Source: a virus
Lineage: Duplodnaviria; Caudoviricetes
Virus record (IMG/VR): IMGVR_UViG_3300031718_000014
Location: 1 to 56,329 of that record
Strand: one strand, 5' to 3'
Length of the DNA: 56,329 nucleotides
Shown: positions 50,889 to 56,329 of the stretch, in pieces
Layout of the letters: every line of letters begins with the position of its first letter
How positions within the stretch are numbered: the first letter of the stretch is position 1
Made by a program: the position numbers and the translations under genes
The notes under the pieces: model-generated
The model's input: the letters and a program-made list of their open reading frames with translations, nothing else
Told to the model about the DNA's origin: nothing
Databases searched by the model: none

Positions 50889-52018
50889 TGCGGCAACCGA
50901 TATGGCGTGAAAAAGGTTCCCTTGTACTTCCCTTGGTACTTACTTCTAATCTCCTCTTCGTAGTTCCACGCGAATATGCAGGTCCACTCGGGTTGTTCTC
51001 GTAACCAGTCGTCCGGGCTCACGATCCTCTGTCCGGTCCCCGGTATGAATTTGCCGATCTTGGCCGGAGTGGAGTCTGCGATCATGGGGATGAGATCGTC
51101 ACCTATATTGCAGAAGTTCAGCATCATGGTTGCCTTGGCAGCCGCTCCGAATCCCCACACTTTCTTCTCTCTTACGAAGTTGAATAGTGCATTAGTTTGC
51201 TGAACGATCCTTTCTCTCATCAGGTCGAAGTCGAACTTCTCGTCTGCCACCGCCACGCCTTCGTACCATGGGACTTTTAGGAAGAACAATCTTAAGCTCC
51301 CTCCGTGTGCCGGTATTCTCTCCAGCTTGGTAACACGCATTCCATTGCGGAGAAAAAGATTCAACACTGCATTTATCGAGAAGTAGTAGTTGTGTTCGTG
51401 GTAGATGGTATCAAACGCGGATTGTTCCACCAGACATCCCAAGTACGGGACTTCCACCACTACTACTCCATCCGGTTTCAATATCTCCCCAATTCCAGCT
51501 ACAAAGTCGTTTAAGTCCTGCACGTGAGCCAGCACGTTATGAGCATGAATCACATCGGCCTTGGGCAGCGTCTTAGCCAGTTTCAGCGTGAAGTAATCCT
51601 GCACCGTTGGTATTCCCTTGAGTGCCGCTACATTGGCTGGTCCTCTGGCAGGATCTACTCCCAATATAGGTACTCCCAATTCTCTGTATCTAGTGAGCAA
51701 GTAACCGTCGTTGCTGCCAATCTCTATAGCTAATTCCACGTTCCTTTCGTCTGGGTTAAATACCATCTGATCTACTATCTTTCTGGCGCTATCAATAGTA
51801 GGTTCGTTCACGCTGGAATAATAGACATATTCCTCGAACATCAGGGCGGGATCGACCTGTTCTTTCAACTGTCCCAGCTTGCAACCAGGGCAGAACATCA
51901 GATCCAGCGGGTACTTCTTATAGCTCTCGCTGGGATAGTCGAGCAGATGGTTCGCCAGCGGCATCTCCCCTAGTGATAGTACGCGTTCAGTCGGGCTCCC
52001 GCAGCTTCGGCAGTTCAC
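50885..52018 (-). CDS. NDP-sugar C-methyltransferase-like class I SAM methyltransferase
   Basis: CRSC..LGEMPLAN..CPGC zinc domain, EIGSNDG, FDTIYHEH, HGGSLR, GFGAAAKA. Confidence 0.88.
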   Translation of the reverse strand: MNCRSCGSPTERVLSLGEMPLANHLLDYPSESYKKYPLDLMFCPGCKLGQLKEQVDPALMFEEYVYYSSVNEPTIDSARKIVDQMVFNPDERNVELAIEIGSNDGYLLTRYRELGVPILGVDPARGPANVAALKGIPTVQDYFTLKLAKTLPKADVIHAHNVLAHVQDLNDFVAGIGEILKPDGVVVVEVPYLGCLVEQSAFDTIYHEHNYYFSINAVLNLFLRNGMRVTKLERIPAHGGSLRLFFLKVPWYEGVAVADEKFDFDLMRERIVQQTNALFNFVREKKVWGFGAAAKATMMLNFCNIGDDLIPMIADSTPAKIGKFIPGTGQRIVSPDDWLREQPEWTCIFAWNYEEEIRSKYQGKYKGTFFTPYRLPQ

Positions 52019-54048
52019 AGTTTCCTCGCCACTACGACCGTAGAGTAGTCGGCCCACACGTCGCTAATTTCCGGCATACATCCGACATCCCGCACAAATT
52101 GTGATAACTCGTCCGGCGTGAACCCCGGCCACACGTGCTCTTTGTTATACCCTGTGAACAGTTTAGGGTGCGGTGTCGCTACGATCAACTTGCCGCCTCT
52201 CTTCAGTATCCTCGCCCATTCTTTGAGCACTGCTTCGGTATCGTCCAAGTCCTCGATGCAGTGGCTGGAATAGACCCACTCGTAAATTCCATCGGCCACA
52301 GGTATTTTCCTAGCGTCTCCCCGCATGGTAACTTCAGGCCATGGATCGTCATCTAGGGCTGCACATCTGTCGGTCAGCGGGTCTCTGCCGCATCCAATGT
52401 CGATTCCCTGAGTCTCTTGGGTAATATAAGCGAGCACTCTCTCCCTGATCTTACTAGTCTCCTGGTACAACGCTTTCGCCCCCAGCACTTCCTCAATCGC
52501 TTTGACCGCGTCTTCCTCCCTCAGTCTGTCCATACACACGTCGCCCTGCTCTCTCACACATCTGCCGGGGCTCCCCTTGGGTCTCTCCGCATAGACAGTG
52601 TGGCATCCCAGACATCCGCATCCCATGAGTGGCGCTGTCAACGCTTTCACGAACGGGAACGGCAACAGTATATTCTTATGGTTCATTGCTCCGAATATCC
52701 CTACAGTCGGGATCAAACTAGCCTGTGCGAAGTTCATCAGGGCGCTGTCCACACCGAAAAATAATCCCGCTCCTTCCACCAACGAAGCCGCTTGGCGCAG
52801 GGTAGTCTTCCCCTGCAAATTGAGATCGCACGGTATTCCCGGTGTGAACTGAGTCCCCACTAGCACCGTTTTCCATCCCTTATGGTTTAGCCAATTAGAC
52901 ATCTGTACCATGAACGGTATTCTAGGATTCCGTCCCATCCACGGTTGGCCAATGTGCGGGTGAATTACCGCGTAAGGTTCGTTCCAAACGGCTTCCTTTG
53001 CCCATTTTCTGGCTTCCTCGCCGGGATACAGATGTAATCTCCAATCGTCCGTCGAGACTCCGCTTACCTCCTGGTAGGCTTCAATGATGTGCATGTCTGG
53101 TCTGCACTCGTAGGCACAATCGAGATTGATGTACTTGTCGCTTGGAGCGAAATGGTTTTCGGACTCGTTGTTAAAAACAGAAGTCACATCGGGGTTTCCC
53201 GCCAGAACATCCGGGCAACTGGTGTAAACAGTGATCTCTGCTTCGGCGTTCTGCTTTTTGATCTCTCGTAGTATGGGAGTCAGGAACAATACGTCTCCAT
53301 TGGCCCCGGTTCTTCGGATACCCCACTGCACCCGGAAGTTTCTGTTCTTGATGTAACTGCTCCACCGTTTCTTATAAGTCTCTTCATTGATCCGGTGGAA
53401 CCCATCCACATCTACTCCTTGTTGTATGACCGTTCCCATGGTCCCGCATCGCTTGTGCCGGACACTGGCCGGTACTCTTCCAATGTGATACCCCAATTTC
53501 CTGACTCTCAGGCTCAGGTCGTTGTCCTCAAAGTAGGCGAACCTGTACTCGGGATCGAACAGTCCTCCCTCAATCCTTCTGAGCAGGCTAGTCCTCCCCA
53601 TCATCACCGCCCCTTCCACGTACTCAAACGAAGCCCCTTGGAATCCATGCCCGTTCGGGTCTATGCTTCCGCAAACATCAGCAGCCTGTATTCCCACCAA
53701 GGCCATCTTAGGATCGTTCACAAATTGGTCCCGCATCATCTCCAGCCAGTCGGGACACAGGATCTCCACATCGTTGTTCAGTGTGACGAAGTATGGTGCG
53801 TGCGAGAATTCCAGTGCTTTATCCAGACATCTTCCCAGACCGGAGTTCCGTTCCATGACGATGACGCCGATCCTTCCAGCTTCCGCTTCTGTTCTCAGAT
53901 ACTCTGGGGTTTCATCTGTCGAATGGTCATCCACTACGATTACTTCTGCTCTACTAATCCCTTTGCTGATCTTCAAACTCTCCAGGCACTTCTTGGTCAG
54001 GTGCAGGTGATTAAACACAGGAATGGCGATAGTATAAAGTGGCCGCAT
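52015..54048 (-). CDS. Tri-domain GT2 + GT9-like glycosyltransferase + SAM methyltransferase
   Basis: IPVFN, VVDDHSTD, LNND, FEDND; GANGDV, FGVDSALMN; DIGCG, SSHCIED. Confidence 0.85.
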   Translation of the reverse strand: MRPLYTIAIPVFNHLHLTKKCLESLKISKGISRAEVIVVDDHSTDETPEYLRTEAEAGRIGVIVMERNSGLGRCLDKALEFSHAPYFVTLNNDVEILCPDWLEMMRDQFVNDPKMALVGIQAADVCGSIDPNGHGFQGASFEYVEGAVMMGRTSLLRRIEGGLFDPEYRFAYFEDNDLSLRVRKLGYHIGRVPASVRHKRCGTMGTVIQQGVDVDGFHRINEETYKKRWSSYIKNRNFRVQWGIRRTGANGDVLFLTPILREIKKQNAEAEITVYTSCPDVLAGNPDVTSVFNNESENHFAPSDKYINLDCAYECRPDMHIIEAYQEVSGVSTDDWRLHLYPGEEARKWAKEAVWNEPYAVIHPHIGQPWMGRNPRIPFMVQMSNWLNHKGWKTVLVGTQFTPGIPCDLNLQGKTTLRQAASLVEGAGLFFGVDSALMNFAQASLIPTVGIFGAMNHKNILLPFPFVKALTAPLMGCGCLGCHTVYAERPKGSPGRCVREQGDVCMDRLREEDAVKAIEEVLGAKALYQETSKIRERVLAYITQETQGIDIGCGRDPLTDRCAALDDDPWPEVTMRGDARKIPVADGIYEWVYSSHCIEDLDDTEAVLKEWARILKRGGKLIVATPHPKLFTGYNKEHVWPGFTPDELSQFVRDVGCMPEISDVWADYSTVVVARKL

Positions 54049-54701
54049 TAGAACCTTCCGTACAATGCAGGCTGGACTTGCGAGAACGATAGGCCAAAAT
54101 GCGAGTAGTATAAGTTCATACAAAGGGCTTGCTTCTTATTATTCTTGTTTGCCCAATCTGCGACGATAGGGTCTTGCTTGTCAGCCGGTCCTTTGAACTC
54201 CCCATAGGGCACTGCTCCACGGTAGCTCATGTAGGGGCATCCCCACCAGTAGGGCATCTCTTCCACTTCCAGCTTGGAGTTTCGTAGTCTCTCGTGGTGT
54301 CTCACTGAGTCTTCCACCGTGAGCATGGGCCTGCCGACCATCATCACGTACTTTCTATCTACGTTGTATAAGTGCCACAGATTGACCGCGTGTTCTACCC
54401 AATTCGCTCCCAGCGGCATTTCGTCGTCGTCTACCATCAGGTAGGGTTCGGTCTCAGCGTTTTCATCGGCATACTGTCTGCTGGCGAAGTGGAAGTTCTC
54501 CGCTGGAAAGCACTTCTCCCAGCTCAGCTCCAGATAGTCTCTGTAGGTGAAAGGTTCCGCCAATTTAGTCCCGCCCAAAGCTATGGGTCTGAGCCTGACC
54601 AGGGGATCGCTTTTCCATCGGGCTACGCAGGCCATTGCTATTCCCAATCTGATCCGGTCCTTGGGACCGATGCGAATGAAAAGGTCAATCTTCTCTGTCA
54701 C
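54048..54701 (-). CDS. Putative GT-A-fold glycosyltransferase
   Basis: YLMVDDDEMP DxD motif; coupled to the GT2 gene. Confidence 0.55.
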   Translation of the reverse strand: MTEKIDLFIRIGPKDRIRLGIAMACVARWKSDPLVRLRPIALGGTKLAEPFTYRDYLELSWEKCFPAENFHFASRQYADENAETEPYLMVDDDEMPLGANWVEHAVNLWHLYNVDRKYVMMVGRPMLTVEDSVRHHERLRNSKLEVEEMPYWWGCPYMSYRGAVPYGEFKGPADKQDPIVADWANKNNKKQALCMNLYYSHFGLSFSQVQPALYGRF

Positions 54702-54874
54702 TTGATCTTCCTTCTCTTGGCAATCCGTCCTGTATACTTCCTTCCGGGCCACCGGGACTCTAAAGCCTTTTCAATGTTCCTTCTGGCAGCATCCTTCTTC
54801 TCTTCACTCTTGCTCTTGCCGCCCTTCTTTCCCAATTTGCTCAGGTGTTCGCTCAGAATGTTTTTGACTTTCAT
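54698..54874 (-). CDS. Small basic protein (LGKKGGKSKS..AARRN)
   Basis: KGG-like motif; GTGA overlap. Confidence 0.6.
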   Translation of the reverse strand: MKVKNILSEHLSKLGKKGGKSKSEEKKDAARRNIEKALESRWPGRKYTGRIAKRRKIK

Positions 54875-54921
54875 GGTGGGCGACCCTAGCATAACCAATC
54901 GGCTTGAGTCAATAGTACCCA

Positions 54922-54951
54922 TTGACATTTATATCCGGCTTGTTTTACATT
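54922..54951 (+). promoter_or_regulatory. Promoter TTGACA-18-TACATT at the strand divergence
   Basis: Near-consensus; 6 nt before GTG 54958. Confidence 0.6.
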
Positions 54952-54957
54952 CTCCCA

Positions 54958-55539
54958 GTGATCCGTCCAGGCAGACGCAACACTCCTCTCTCCGATCCTA
55001 ACCGCTTGCCTTGCGGTCATTTGAAGTCCCGCCGTCACTGGAATCCCTGGTGCCGCTTCTGCATCCAGGGTCCCAAGTACAACCGTCGCAAGTGGCTGGC
55101 CGAGCATCCTAACGATACTCACCCTACTCCTCACCACTGGCGTCGGCATCACAAGTCTAAGCATCGTAAGAGCAGTAAGTTAGGCGGTGCTGCTCTGGCC
55201 GCTCACGATCTCAAAGTGCGCCGTGAACGCCCACCCCGCATCTCTCCTAATAGCATTCGCCAGCGCAAGCTCCGTCACAAGGAAGAGATGGCCAGAATCA
55301 GTTACATTCTGTTCCATCTAGGTCAAGGCAGAATCGGCAAGCTCCCTTCCCGTGAGGCGCGGTTGGTCAGTGCTCACCGGGACAAACTGTATTCGGAGTA
55401 TCTAACCCGCCAGAAGTTCGCAGACCGCAAAACCATGACCAAGCACAACTGGGCCAGGAAAATATGGTACTGTAACCTTCGCTTGGTATATTCTCGTGGT
55501 GCTGCCAAGGCTACTGAGATGGAAATGTCCAATGGCTGA
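54958..55539 (+). CDS. Highly basic Arg/His/Lys-rich protein
   Basis: Long ORF with typical codon usage; first gene of the + strand block. Confidence 0.65.
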   Translation: MIRPGRRNTPLSDPNRLPCGHLKSRRHWNPWCRFCIQGPKYNRRKWLAEHPNDTHPTPHHWRRHHKSKHRKSSKLGGAALAAHDLKVRRERPPRISPNSIRQRKLRHKEEMARISYILFHLGQGRIGKLPSREARLVSAHRDKLYSEYLTRQKFADRKTMTKHNWARKIWYCNLRLVYSRGAAKATEMEMSNG

Positions 55540-55774
55540 CTTCCCGATCTGCCGGAACTTCCGCGAGAAGCGGGGATGCGCTCGTTCCCAAGTGGTCATG
55601 TTGGGTGAGGGTGACGATCACTTTACCTTCCGCTGTGAGACCTGTCAGTTGGAATTTGTCTGTTCCAAGACCAGCGCCATCGCCGCTTCCTCTCTTCGTG
55701 TTCAGCAGGAGAAACTACGCCGCCGCATTGAATCCCGCCGACAGCACGACAGTAGAAAGAAGATATTCGTATGA
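55532..55774 (+). CDS. Small zinc-ribbon-like protein
   Basis: C..C...CETC; overlaps its neighbours. Confidence 0.6.
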   Translation: MADFPICRNFREKRGCARSQVVMLGEGDDHFTFRCETCQLEFVCSKTSAIAASSLRVQQEKLRRRIESRRQHDSRKKIFV

Positions 55775-56127
55775 GTCCGGTCGAACAATCCCGTCGCGGT
55801 CGCCCAGCCCTCTCTCCCCGTCAGGATCAGCAGAACTTTGATCCTGTGACCGGCGAGATCGAACGTCCCCGTGAACTCATTCGCGTTGATTCCATCCCGA
55901 CTCCTCCATCCATTGAAGTCCGTGGTGACCGTTCCGGCACCCAGTCTATCAATCTGGAAGAGAAAGTCCTGTCCATTCTCAAAGAGGAGATGGACGACCT
56001 AGCAACCCGTTTGGATCGCTACGGAGTCAAGCTAGACACCCGTCTCCAGCAGGAACTAGTCGATCTGGCCATGGCTATGTTGGGCGGCGGATTCCAAACA
56101 GGCGGTGGCGCGATAAGGAGCAGATAG
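55771..56127 (+). CDS. Hypothetical protein
   Basis: ATGA-coupled. Confidence 0.7.
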   Translation: MSPVEQSRRGRPALSPRQDQQNFDPVTGEIERPRELIRVDSIPTPPSIEVRGDRSGTQSINLEEKVLSILKEEMDDLATRLDRYGVKLDTRLQQELVDLAMAMLGGGFQTGGGAIRSR

Positions 56128-56329
56128 ATGCCCAAAACAAAGCCGATTGCTACGGTGGTTGAACCTGAACGCGAATCTGAATCTTCCCACATGCGTAGAG
56201 TGGTCCGTGCACGCTGGGATGCCGTTCGTTCCGCCCACGCTTCTTACATGGCTCCCTTCCACGACGAGAGCATTGAAGACGCCATGCGGTATCTGGAAGA
56301 GTTACGCAAGGTCTGTGAGGAAGGCGCGC
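56128..56329 (+). CDS. 5' part of the origin-spanning protein ending at 369
   Basis: TAAGGAG SD; in frame across the junction. Confidence 0.75.
   Translation, partial: MPKTKPIATVVEPERESESSHMRRVVRARWDAVRSAHASYMAPFHDESIEDAMRYLEELRKVCEEGA
56203..56329. repeat. Terminal direct repeat (copy 2)
   Basis: Identical to 1-127; 127 is a common assembler k-mer length. Confidence 0.95.

Overview
Complete, circularly assembled dsDNA phage genome of about 56.2 kb (bases 1-127 repeat at 56203-56329). It has podovirus-like organisation. The + strand (54958 through the origin to 30762) carries terminase, portal, scaffold, major capsid, tail/nozzle, ejection, fibre-like and lysis genes. The - strand (30778-54874) carries small accessory genes, a UDG/exonuclease + family-A DNA polymerase, an ERCC4 nuclease, an AAA ATPase, a PD-(D/E)XK exonuclease, an intein-containing DinG-like helicase, early genes and a glycosyltransferase/methyltransferase cluster. 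I saw no integrase, tRNA, CRISPR array or recognisable primase. The most unusual observations: (1) all fibre/adhesin-like late proteins have Sec signal peptides and even cysteine counts, suggesting export and periplasmic folding; (2) two free-standing HNH genes sit inside essential genes and carry a recoded replacement of the displaced gene end, and a third HNH has decayed; (3) the PolA has substitutions at normally invariant active-site residues, including the steric gate; (4) the portal and the polymerase are each split into two ORFs; (5) a family of unannotated Arg/Lys/Gly micro-peptides shares a C-terminal GKR[KY] motif at two loci. All functional calls come from motif recognition by eye; no database searches were run.
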